A stretch of DNA of 64,000 nt, taken from positions 210,232 to 274,231 of the forward strand of contig BJHQ01000006.1 of assembly GCA_014193115.1 (NCBI GenBank). Direction: 5' to 3'. The first letter of the stretch is position 1. Every line of letters starts with the position of its first letter. The translations under genes were made by a program, and so were the position numbers. Under the pieces are notes generated by a model. The model did not search any database. It was not told the origin of the DNA and worked only from the letters and a program-made list of their open reading frames with translations. Positions 19,503 through 29,126 of this stretch are shown piece by piece. The stretch is from Planctomycetota bacterium. Lineage in GTDB: Bacteria > Planctomycetota > UBA11346.

Positions 19503-21346
19503 GGCTGGTCGTTGGGCTTGGGTGGCGGCGACCCGCCGATGAGCAGGTGGCGCAGGGCCGCTTTATCCTCTTCCGGCAATTGGTCGAGGAAGCGGTCCGC
19601 CGCCGCCGCGCTCATCGCCGCCGCCTGCTGCTGTTCGCCTTCCTTGCCGTCCTTGCCTTCTTTGCCGCTTTTCTCGTCCTTTCCCTGCTTCTGATCGTCC
19701 TTGGCCTGCTTCTGATCGTCCTTGCCGCCCGGTTTCTGATCGTCCTTGCCGTCCTGCTTTTGATCGTCCTTGCCGTCTTGTTTCTGGTCCTGCTGGTCGG
19801 CGGTGTCCGGCTTCTGCTGATCCTGTTGCTGATCCGGTTGCGGCGGTTGCTCGCTGGCGGGATCGACCTTGAGTTCGATCTGGTGCTGGGCGGTGGATTT
19901 CCAGCGGTCGGTGACCTTGACCGTGGCCTTGAAGCTGCCGACCTCGCCGGGGACGCCGCGCAGCGCGCCATCAGGATCGAGACGCACGCCGTTGGGCAGC
20001 GCGCCGCCGGCCAAGGCGCAGGTCAACGGCGGCGTTCCGCCCTGGATTTTCAGCGGACGTTGCGCAGGTTTCCCCTGCTGCAAGGCGATCGGCTCGGACT
20101 CGTCGATCACCGGCGGAGCATTCACCGTGATCGCCAGGTCGCAGCGCCGGCTGCGTCCGTCGGGCGCGGTGATGGTCGCCGACAGGGTGACAGTGCCGGC
20201 CTCCTTGGGAGTCCCGGCGATGGCGCCGTCGGCGCCCATGGCCAAGCCGCCGGTCGAGGCCGCCTGGAACCGGTAGTCGCCGGCCGGTCCACGGACGCCG
20301 AGCTTGCCGACGTAGGCGGCCCAGGCGGTGGCCGGGAAGACGTTGGCGGTGTCGGCGGTGAAGCTGTCGCTGACCACCAGGTCGAGTTTTTTCTCGGCTT
20401 TTCGCTTGCCGTCCTCGGCGGTGATGGTCAGCGCAAACACGCCGGCGACGGTCGGCGTTCCTGCGATCGCACCGACGCCAGGCGCGGCCCTTTTGCTTCC
20501 GGCAGCCGGGGTCTCGACCGCCAGGCCAGCGGGCAGACCGTCGACCCGCCAGCGCACCGCGCCCAGGCCGGCAGCCCGCAGTTCGGCGCGGTAGGGCTGG
20601 CCGGTCACAGCTTCGTCGAGCCGCTCGGTCAGAATCGCCGGCGGCGGCAGGACCGCGACGGTGACGGTGCCGGTGGCATTGCCCCCGGCGCTGTCCTGGA
20701 CCATGACCTTGAGCGGATATTTCCCAGGTTCTCCTGGCGTTCCGGTCAGGGCGCCATCGCTGCCCAGGGCCAATCCCGGAGGCAGCTTGGGTTGCTCGCC
20801 CGGGCCGGCGGTGGCGGCGAACCGGTACCCGCCGGCTCCGCCGGTGGCGGCGACCTTGGCCTTCAGCGCCTCGCCCTGATGGGCTTCGATGGTGGCGTCG
20901 GGCAGTTTCAGCTTGAGCGCCTCGGCCTCGGCTTTGCGCCGGGCCTCATCGAGCCGGGCGAGAGCCGCACGGCGGATTTCGTCGCGGGCGGCATTGAACG
21001 CCGGGTTGCCCCGGGCGGCCTCGGTCATCGCCGCCACCGCGCCTTCGAGCTGGCCCGCCTGCCACCGGGCCAGGGCGAGGTTGTGCCACGCCTCCGCCGC
21101 TTGATCGGGGTCGGGGATCCGGGTGGCCTGTTCGAGATGGCTGACTGCCTTGGCAGCGTCGGACGGAATCAGCAGCGTGCCGAGATTGAAATGCGCAGGC
21201 AGGAATCCCGGCCGATCGACCAGCAGCGCCTCGTAGGATTTTCTCGCGGTTTCCGCCGGTTGGACGGACGCCTCGGCCAGGACCGTCCACGGATCGGCGG
21301 CGCTGGCGGACAGCAGGCAGCAGGCCAAAGCACCGAGGCGCCTCAT
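19496..21346 (-). CDS. TPR-repeat protein with Ig-like repeats and a KDDQKQ low-complexity tail (BatB/BatC-position protein)
   Basis: Signal peptide MRRLGALACCLLSASAADP. TPR-like EAWHNLALARWQAGQLEGAVAAM. Repeated GTPGEPG and GTPKEAG beta-domain modules. C-terminal DQQDQKQDGKDDQKQDGKDDQK. Confidence 0.55.
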   Translation of the reverse strand: MRRLGALACCLLSASAADPWTVLAEASVQPAETARKSYEALLVDRPGFLPAHFNLGTLLIPSDAAKAVSHLEQATRIPDPDQAAEAWHNLALARWQAGQLEGAVAAMTEAARGNPAFNAARDEIRRAALARLDEARRKAEAEALKLKLPDATIEAHQGEALKAKVAATGGAGGYRFAATAGPGEQPKLPPGLALGSDGALTGTPGEPGKYPLKVMVQDSAGGNATGTVTVAVLPPPAILTERLDEAVTGQPYRAELRAAGLGAVRWRVDGLPAGLAVETPAAGSKRAAPGVGAIAGTPTVAGVFALTITAEDGKRKAEKKLDLVVSDSFTADTANVFPATAWAAYVGKLGVRGPAGDYRFQAASTGGLAMGADGAIAGTPKEAGTVTLSATITAPDGRSRRCDLAITVNAPPVIDESEPIALQQGKPAQRPLKIQGGTPPLTCALAGGALPNGVRLDPDGALRGVPGEVGSFKATVKVTDRWKSTAQHQIELKVDPASEQPPQPDQQQDQQKPDTADQQDQKQDGKDDQKQDGKDDQKPGGKDDQKQAKDDQKQGKDEKSGKEGKDGKEGEQQQAAAMSAAAADRFLDQLPEEDKAALRHLLIGGSPPPKPNDQPW

Positions 21347-21408
21347 CGAGCCAACCGAGAGCGAGCGGGCCGAGTCGGCCAGGCGTTTGGTCGCAGCGCG
21401 GAACAGCC

Positions 21409-22383
21409 TCACAGGCGCCTCCGGGTCGGGAGCAGGATGCCGACGGTCAGCAGCAGGATCGCAGGCAGCAGCGGCAGGCGGTAGCGCTCGGCGGCGACGG
21501 TGCGGCGGCGTTCCTCCCACTCGTGTCCCCCAGCGACCTGGTCGATGCCTGCTGCCAGGGTCTTCACATCCTGATCGTCGAGGGTCGCTCCGACCCACAA
21601 CGCTCCGGTGGCGGCGGACATCTTGTCGAGGGTGGTGGTATCGGTCTTCATGGTGTGCTTGACGCCGTCGATCACCAGATCGACGGTGCGCTCGGTGTCG
21701 CCGATGAACAGGCCGAAGACCGGGACGCCGGCGTTCTTGGCAGCGGCGGCTGCGGCCTCCACGGCTTTGGTATCGGGATCGGCGCCGTCGCTGACCACCA
21801 GCACCGCCTGGCCGACGGTGTGGCTGCGACCGAGCACGCCCAGCGCCTCCTGCACCGCCACGCCGATCGAGGTTCCTTGCAGCCCCTGGTCGGCGGGGAA
21901 CAGCTCAGGCGAGCAATCCCTGAGCAATTCCGCCAGAATCTGCTGATCACCGGTGGGCGGGCAGCGCAGGATCGCGGTGGCGGCGAAGGGCATCAGCCCG
22001 AGCCGCAGGTGCGGCGCGATGCGCAGCAGGTCGATGCACTTGCGGCGGGCGGCTTCGAGCCGGGTGGGCGACAGATCGTCGGCCAGCATCGACCGCGAAC
22101 AGTCGAAGACCACCAGCACATCAGCGCCGCCACCCGCGCGCTGGCGGTCTTCGCCGCCCCAGCGCGGCCCGATCAATGCGACCGCTCCGAGCACCAAGCC
22201 CGACCACAACAGAAGCTGACGGATCAGGCCCAGGCGCGGCGCGACGCTGGCCGCATGCACCGGATGCCCGGCGCCGGCCGGCCCAGCCGCAACGGTCAGC
22301 CGACGGCCCCACCACCAGCGCAGGGCGGCGAGCCCGGCCAAGGCTGGAAGCAACAGCAGCAGCCAGGGATCGGACCAGCTCAT
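21409..22383 (-). CDS. batB: vWA-domain protein, BatB-like
   Basis: N-terminal TM; VLVVFDCSRSM (DxSxS MIDAS); C-terminal TM LLPAILLLTVGILL. Confidence 0.75.
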   Translation of the reverse strand: MSWSDPWLLLLLPALAGLAALRWWWGRRLTVAAGPAGAGHPVHAASVAPRLGLIRQLLLWSGLVLGAVALIGPRWGGEDRQRAGGGADVLVVFDCSRSMLADDLSPTRLEAARRKCIDLLRIAPHLRLGLMPFAATAILRCPPTGDQQILAELLRDCSPELFPADQGLQGTSIGVAVQEALGVLGRSHTVGQAVLVVSDGADPDTKAVEAAAAAAKNAGVPVFGLFIGDTERTVDLVIDGVKHTMKTDTTTLDKMSAATGALWVGATLDDQDVKTLAAGIDQVAGGHEWEERRRTVAAERYRLPLLPAILLLTVGILLPTRRRL

Positions 22384-23414
22384 GCCACCCCCCGCAGCCG
22401 CGGTTCGAGAACCAGGGCGAGGCCCGCCAGGGCCAGGCCGAGGATCAGCGGCCAGCGGAAACGGTCGGAGAAATCCTCGCTCTGGCGGACCTGGCTGTGG
22501 CTCGGTTCGAGCTTGTCGATGGCCGAGAACACCTCGTCCAGGCCCTTGCCGTCGGTGGCGGCGAAGGCCTGCCCGCCGGCCGCGGTGGTGATCGCCTTCA
22601 ACCGGCCGAGGTCGGGCAGCAGGTGCCGGGGAACCCGGGAGCGCACGACCTGGCCGAAGGGCGTGCGACCGTTCATATATCCTTGCGGAGCGCCGACGCC
22701 GATGCCGTGGACGGCGATGCCGCTGGCCAAGGCGGTGCGCGCCGCGACCAGCGGATCGACCCAGCCGTGCATGTCCGCGGAATCGGCGCCATCGGTGACC
22801 AGGATCACCGCCCGGCCCGGGGCGACCTTTTCGCGCAGGCAGCGCAGCGCGGTGGCCAGGCCGAGGCCGAGGTTGGTCTCGCCGCCGAGCAGGCCGCGTT
22901 CGTCGCCGGATTTCCAGATCGCCCGCTGTTGGCGCTCCATCCGTTCCAGGAACTGGCGCACGGTCTCATGGTCGAACGTCGGCGGGCAGGCGGTGATCGC
23001 CCGGGACGAGAAGAACACCAGGGCGATGCGGTCATCGGGGCGCTTCTCGACGAAGCTGCGCGCGGCGGCGATCACCGCCGCCAGGCGATCTTCGCTCTTG
23101 CCGTCGGTAGCGACGATGTCGTCGACCTGCATCGATCCCGACAGGTCGATGACCAGGGCCAGGTCCCGTCCCGACTGGGTCCGTTCGATCACGGTGCGGC
23201 CCCACTGCGGCCGGGCCGCGGCGACCACCAGCAGCGCCAAAGCGCCGGCGATCAGCAGGCGGAACAGCGCCGGTCCGCGGCTGGGGCGCAGCGCCCCGGC
23301 CAGGGCCATGCCGGGAAAGGCGGCGCCGCCCCGACGTGGTCGCAGCCACAGCACCAGCAGCGGCAGGAGCAGCAGGACCAGCAGCCACGGTTGTTCGAGG
23401 CGCAGTTCCATCAC
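22380..23414 (-). CDS. batA: vWA-domain protein, BatA-like
   Basis: MMELRLEQPWLLVLLLLPLLVLWL (BatA N-terminal); LALVIDLSGSM MIDAS motif; C-terminal TM. Confidence 0.8.
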   Translation of the reverse strand: MMELRLEQPWLLVLLLLPLLVLWLRPRRGGAAFPGMALAGALRPSRGPALFRLLIAGALALLVVAAARPQWGRTVIERTQSGRDLALVIDLSGSMQVDDIVATDGKSEDRLAAVIAAARSFVEKRPDDRIALVFFSSRAITACPPTFDHETVRQFLERMERQQRAIWKSGDERGLLGGETNLGLGLATALRCLREKVAPGRAVILVTDGADSADMHGWVDPLVAARTALASGIAVHGIGVGAPQGYMNGRTPFGQVVRSRVPRHLLPDLGRLKAITTAAGGQAFAATDGKGLDEVFSAIDKLEPSHSQVRQSEDFSDRFRWPLILGLALAGLALVLEPRLRGVA

Positions 23415-24293
23415 GGCTCCCGTTTCTGCTCGGCGGCATCCAGGCGCCGTTGCACCGCTTCAATCCAGGCCAGGGCTGCGGTCAGCTGCGGCTTGACCTG
23501 ATCGGCGGTGACTTCGCCCGGTGCCCAGCGCAGGTCGTCGAGCACGCCGAGCAGCCGGAGCAATTCCGTGCTCTCATTGGCCGGGACTGAGCTGCCAAGC
23601 TGCCGTAGGTGCGCAGCGGCCTCGCGGGTGGTGGCGCCGGCACCGTCGAAGGTCCAGATCGCACCGGCGTATCGGCGCAGGGCGAGGCTGATCGCGGTGC
23701 CGGATTCCCGGGCGTCGGGCAGTTCGCCAGCCGCGGCCAAGGCCCGGCGGGCCAGCGAGATCGGCGGATCCGGCAGGCGTTTGGGGCGCAACTTCCACCA
23801 GACGACGGCGCCGATGGCGAGCAGCACGCCGCCGCCGGCCAGCCATGGCCACCACGGTGGCGGAGGCGCCGCCGCCGGCTTGGTCCAGGCCGGACGCGGC
23901 GCTGGCAATGTCACCGGCGCGGCGTCGAGGCCGACCTGCACCACGACCTGCGGCGCCTGCACGGTCACCGCGTCTCCGGCGGGCGGCCGCACGGTGAAGG
24001 ACGGGCGGGGCAGCTCCCAGGCGCCGCTGCGGGTCGAAACCAGGGTGATGGTGAAGCTCCGCCGGGATCCCTCGCCGGTGTCCTGGGATTTCACAGGCGG
24101 CAGATCGGCGACGAAAACCCCTGAAAGATCTCCGGCAGGATCCGGCTCGACCACCGGCGTCCACCCGGTGGGCCAGGCATAGACCAAGGTCGCCACCACC
24201 CGATCGCCCACGGAGATCTCGCTCTTGTCCACGGTCAACTGGACCGCCGGCTCGCCGGCAACCAATGCCAGAACGGCAAGCAGCAGCGTCAGA
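23411..24293 (-). CDS. Membrane protein at the DUF4381 position of Bat operons; the 5' end abuts the REP array and no canonical start codon was found
   Basis: Signal or TM RRILTLLLAVLALVAG, a second TM WWPWLAGGGVLLAIGAVVWWKL, and a C-terminal soluble domain. The reading frame stays open upstream into the REP array with no in-frame ATG/GTG/TTG before the signal peptide. Confidence 0.45.
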
Positions 24294-24299
24294 ATCCGC

Positions 24300-25960
24300 C
24301 GGGCTCGAACACCAATGCACGAACCACACGGAGCGCCGCACTCCGTGCGGCCCGTACCGCCATCGGCGTTCGTCCAACCGATGGTCGTCGGAGAAACATC
24401 CCGTTGATTGATCGACTTTTCCGAGACTAGCCGCACGGAGTGCGGCGCTCCGAGATGCGCGGTGCACGAACCACACGGAGCGCCGCACTCCGTGCCGCCC
24501 GTACCGCCATCGGCGTTCGTCCAACCGATGGTCGTCGGAGAAACATCCCGTTGATTGATCGACTTTTCCGAGACTAGCCGCACGGAGTGCGGCGCTCCGA
24601 GATGCGCGGTGCACGAACCACACGGAGCGCCGCACTCCGTGCCGCCCGTACCGCCATCGGCGTTCGTCCAACCGATGGTCGTCGGAGAAACATCCCGTTG
24701 ATTGATCGACTTTTCCGAGACTAGCCGCACGGAGTGCGGCGCTCCGAGATGCGCGGTGCACGAACCACACGGAGCGCCGCACTCCGTGCCGCCCGTACCG
24801 CCATCGGCGTTCGTCCAACCGATGGTCGTCGGAGAAACATCCCGTTGATTGATCGACTTTTCCGAGACTAGCCGCACGGAGTGCGGCGCTCCGAGATGCG
24901 CGGTGCACGAACCACACGGAGCGCCGCACTCCGTGCCGCCCGTACCGCCATCGGCGTTCGTCCAACCGATGGTCGTCGGAGAAACATCCCGTTGATTGAT
25001 CGACTTTTCCGAGACTAGCCGCACGGAGTGCGGCGCTCCGAGATGCGCGGTGCACGAACCACACGGAGCGCCGCACTCCGTGCCGCCCGTACCGCCATCG
25101 GCGTTCGTCCAACCGATGGTCGTCGGAGAAACATCCCGTTGATTGATCGACTTTTCCGAGACTAGCCGCACGGAGTGCGGCGCTCCGAGCTGCGCGATGC
25201 ACAAACCACACGGAGCGCCGCACTCCGTGCGGCCCGTACCGCCATCGGCGTTCGTCCAACCGATGGTCGTCGGAGAAACATCCCGTTGATTGATCGACTT
25301 TTCCGAGACTAGCCGCACGAAGTGCGGCGCTCCGAGCTGCGCGATGCACAAACCACACGGAGCGCCGCACTCCGTGCGGCCCGTACCGCCATCGGCGTTC
25401 GTCCAACCGATGGTCGTCGGAGAAACATCCCGTTGATTGATCGACTTTTCCGAGACTAGCCGCACGAAGTGCGGCGCTCCGAGCTGCGCGATGCACAAAC
25501 CACACGGAGCGCCGCACTCCGTGCGGCCCGTACCGCCATCGGCGTTCGTCCAACCGATGGTCGTCGGAGAAACATCCCGTTGATTGATCGACTTTTCCGA
25601 GGCTGGCCGCACCGAGTGCGGCGCTCCGAGCTGCGCGGTGCACGAACCACACGGAGCGCCGCACTCCGTGCGGCCCGTACCGCCATCGGCGTTCGTCCAA
25701 CCGATGGTCGTCGGAGAAACATCCCGTTGATTGATCGACTTTTCCGAGACTAGCCGCACGGAGTGCGGCGCTCCGAGCTGCGCGATGCACGAACCACACG
25801 GAGCGCCGCACTCTGTGCGGCCCGTACCGCCATCGGCGTTCGTCCAACCGATGGTCGTCGGAGAAACATCCCGTTGATTGATCGACTTTTCCGAGACTAG
25901 CCGCACGGAGTGCGGCGCTCCGAGCTGCGCGGTGCACGAACCACACGGAGCGCCGCACTC
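24300..25960. repeat. Tandem array of about 11 REP-doublet (BIME-like) units, period 147 bp
   Basis: The period was measured from recurring AGACTAG at 24424, 24571 and 24718. Each unit holds GCCGCACGGAGTGCGGCGCTCCG plus its reverse complement, and a second hairpin CCATCGG...CCGATGG. Copies are near-identical. Confidence 0.85.
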
Positions 25961-25994
25961 CGTGCGGCCGTTAGCGTACAACAACGAAATAGGC

Positions 25995-26660
25995 TTAACC
26001 ATCCCCGCCTCCGATCCGTTCTCCCCAGGCGGCACAGGTCCGCTGCGCGTGGTGCGCCGAACCCCATGGCCAATCCGCAGCAGACACGACCAGACCGGCT
26101 TTGACCGGATTGCCATCGATATAGCCGATGGTCCGCAATAAATGATCTTCATCACGGATCCAGCGATCCCAGTAGTCCCGCTGCCAATGCACGATCGGAC
26201 CTAGCCGCAGTCGATTGATGGCGAGTATCGTGAATGATTTCCAGCCATGGACGAGTTTTCCGACCGTCCAGCCGGAAGCGGGTTCGATCAGAACATGAAC
26301 ATGGTTCGGCATCACCGTCCAAGCCAGCAATCGGTAGCGATCCCCATCGAAATGCCGCCATGCCTGTTCGACGATCGCGGCAGCCGCGGGGTGGCGGAGC
26401 ACGCAGCTGCCGAGGCCGGCGTCAAGCAGATCATCGATCCTTCGACGCTGGACCCTTTGGCGTTCCTCATCGGGGAGATAGGCGCTGTCCTGACGCAAAC
26501 GATCCAACACTTCAAGGGGCAGCGAATCATCAAGGCGATAGGTGATGCTCTGAATCGTCGAAGGACTGTTCCAATGCGGTAAGTAGCCACGCCTCGTCCA
26601 ACCGGCAGTGGTGTGCGAAGGCTCCGATTGGATGCGTGATTCTTGAGAGACTGGCCGCAC
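25995..26660 (-). CDS. REP-associated tyrosine transposase (RAYT, IS200/IS605-like Y1 HUH transposase)
   Basis: RRGYLPHWNSP...YRLLAWTVMPNHVHVLIEP (HuH motif)...GWKSFT...WQRDYWDRWIRDEDHL...IDGNPVKAGL (catalytic Tyr region). There is no in-frame ATG; a possible GTG start near 26660 lies inside a REP hairpin. Confidence 0.7.
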   Translation of the reverse strand: MRPVSQESRIQSEPSHTTAGWTRRGYLPHWNSPSTIQSITYRLDDSLPLEVLDRLRQDSAYLPDEERQRVQRRRIDDLLDAGLGSCVLRHPAAAAIVEQAWRHFDGDRYRLLAWTVMPNHVHVLIEPASGWTVGKLVHGWKSFTILAINRLRLGPIVHWQRDYWDRWIRDEDHLLRTIGYIDGNPVKAGLVVSAADWPWGSAHHAQRTCAAWGERIGGGDG

Positions 26661-26835
26661 GGAGTGCGGCGCTCCGGGCCGAGCGGCGTCCGGAGCACAC
26701 GGAGCGCCGCACTCCGTGCGGCCCGTACCGCCATCGGCGTTCGTCCAACCGATGGTCGTCGGAGAAACATCCCGTTGATTGATCGACTTTTCCGAGACTG
26801 GCCGCACGGAGTGCGGCGCTCCGAGGTGGCTGCCC
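26640..26835. repeat. REP units (1-2 copies) flanking the RAYT on its other side
   Basis: Same GCCGCACGGAGTGCGGCGCTCCG and inverted-partner sequence as in the 24300-25960 array. Confidence 0.7.
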
Positions 26836-26847
26836 GCTCTGCGATAG

Positions 26848-27774
26848 CTACCCATGGGCCGATCTCCGGCGTTGGGCGAAGAAGCGTTGCAGGGCGGAAG
26901 CCGCGGGTTGGGCGGTGCTCAGCTCGACCAGGTCGCAGCCGGCGGTGCGGAAACGTCGGGCGGTGCGTTCCCGGGCGTCGCGCCAGGCCCGGGCGTAGGC
27001 AGCACGTTCCCGCGTGCCGGTCGAGACGGTGAGCTCGGCGCCGGTTTCCGGATCGACCAGGGCCAGCGGCGCGCCGGCGCCGGGCAGTGTCGCCTCGGCC
27101 GGATCGGCGATGCGCAGGCCGATGATGTCGTGGCGGCGGCTGGTGCGGGTCAGGCGGTCGGCGAAGCGCTGCTCCTCAGCGGGATCGGCAAACAGGAAAT
27201 CGCTGACCAGGAAGCACACCGCCCGGCGCTTGGCGACCAGCGTCAGTTCGTCGAGGACATGGGCCAATCCGGTCGGTCCCAGGCTGGGCTGCGCGGAGAG
27301 CACCTCGCGGACCAGGCGCAGTGCGTGGCTGCGGCCGCGGCGGGGCGGCAGGTGCAGGTCGGTGCGCTCGGAAAAGCGCACCAGACCGATGCGGTCGCGG
27401 TTCTTCAGCGCGGTGATCGCGACCACCGCAGCGGCCTCGGCCGCCAGCGCGAGCTTGGCCCGGGGCGAGACGCCGGGGATGGCGCCGAAGCGCATCGAGC
27501 CAGACACGTCCACAAGCAACAGGATGGTCAGCTCGCGTTCTTCGCGGAAAACCTTGACGAACGGCCGTCCGGCCCGGGCCGTCACATTCCAGTCGATCGC
27601 CCGCACGTCGTCGCCAGGCGCGTATTCGCGGACCTCGTCGAACTCCAGCCCAGTGCCTTTGAACGCCGAGCGGAACGCCCCGGCGGCCAGGGTCGAAACC
27701 ATCCGCCGGGTCCGCACCTCGATGCGGCGGACCTGGGCGAGGAGTTCGGCGAGATCGGCGGCGGATTCCGGCAC
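26848..27774 (-). CDS. DUF58-family protein (MoxR-partner, vWA-like)
   Basis: FKGTGLEFDEVREYAPGDDVRAIDWNVTAR is the conserved DUF58 motif; LLLVDVSGSMRFG is a MIDAS-like motif. Confidence 0.85.
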   Translation of the reverse strand: MPESAADLAELLAQVRRIEVRTRRMVSTLAAGAFRSAFKGTGLEFDEVREYAPGDDVRAIDWNVTARAGRPFVKVFREERELTILLLVDVSGSMRFGAIPGVSPRAKLALAAEAAAVVAITALKNRDRIGLVRFSERTDLHLPPRRGRSHALRLVREVLSAQPSLGPTGLAHVLDELTLVAKRRAVCFLVSDFLFADPAEEQRFADRLTRTSRRHDIIGLRIADPAEATLPGAGAPLALVDPETGAELTVSTGTRERAAYARAWRDARERTARRFRTAGCDLVELSTAQPAASALQRFFAQRRRSAHG

Positions 27775-27777
27775 GGA

Positions 27778-28737
<960 letters not shown>

Positions 28738-29126
28738 GGGGGTCGTCTCCAGGAAGCACGAAGACGATGGCCGGTCCGGAAACTTGCAATGCGCTGCTTC
28801 ACGGTGTGAGGCGACCTGCTTGCGGCACTCCCCTGCCATTCAACGCTTGGCCACGCAACGCTCGACCAGCCCTGGGCACGATCTCTGACGGATCCAGCCC
28901 AACCCGACCAGGAGTGATCCCAGCCACCATGCCGAACCTTCCGACCGCCTGGCAACCCCTGCTCGATCAGGTCCGCGACCTGCATGCCCGCTGCCTGCAT
29001 CCGGCCGATCTCGGCCATGCGCCATTCCTGGCCATGGCCCGGTGCTGGCAGCGCTGCGCGTAGGCCCGCCAGACCGGATCGCCCGGCGCGGCTTTCGCGC
29101 AGCACGCCGACCCTACCGTCCCGGCC

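Larger units (their letters stand above)
24300..26835. mobile_element. REP array - RAYT (tnpA_REP) - REP unit inserted inside the Bat operon
   Basis: An IS200/IS605-like Y1 transposase gene is flanked on both sides by the same REP family (24300-25960 and 26640-26835). Confidence 0.6.

Noticed and set aside
19430-23496. 684-aa and 657-aa plus-strand ORFs opposite the batA/batB/TPR genes
   Set aside because: Antisense to genes with clear vWA MIDAS motifs and TM anchors; the translations are poly-Arg/Gly/Ala.
24300-25960. Possibility that the 147-bp array is a CRISPR array
   Set aside because: The inter-palindrome sequences are identical between units (no unique spacers), and the units contain inverted REP pairs. 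It is a tandem BIME array, not CRISPR.
23411-26155. 914-aa and 794-aa minus-strand ORFs (23411..26155, 23574..25958) with perfectly periodic 49-aa repeats
   Set aside because: They read straight through the 147-bp REP/BIME tandem array. The periodic 'protein' is a by-product of GC-rich palindromic repeats lacking stops in two frames, not a repeat protein. Only the C-terminal about 290 codons of the first ORF (the Bat-operon membrane gene) look genuinely coding.
28767-29063. 98-aa plus ORF in the moxR/glycosidase divergent region
   Set aside because: No motif and no ribosome-binding site; most likely promoter DNA.
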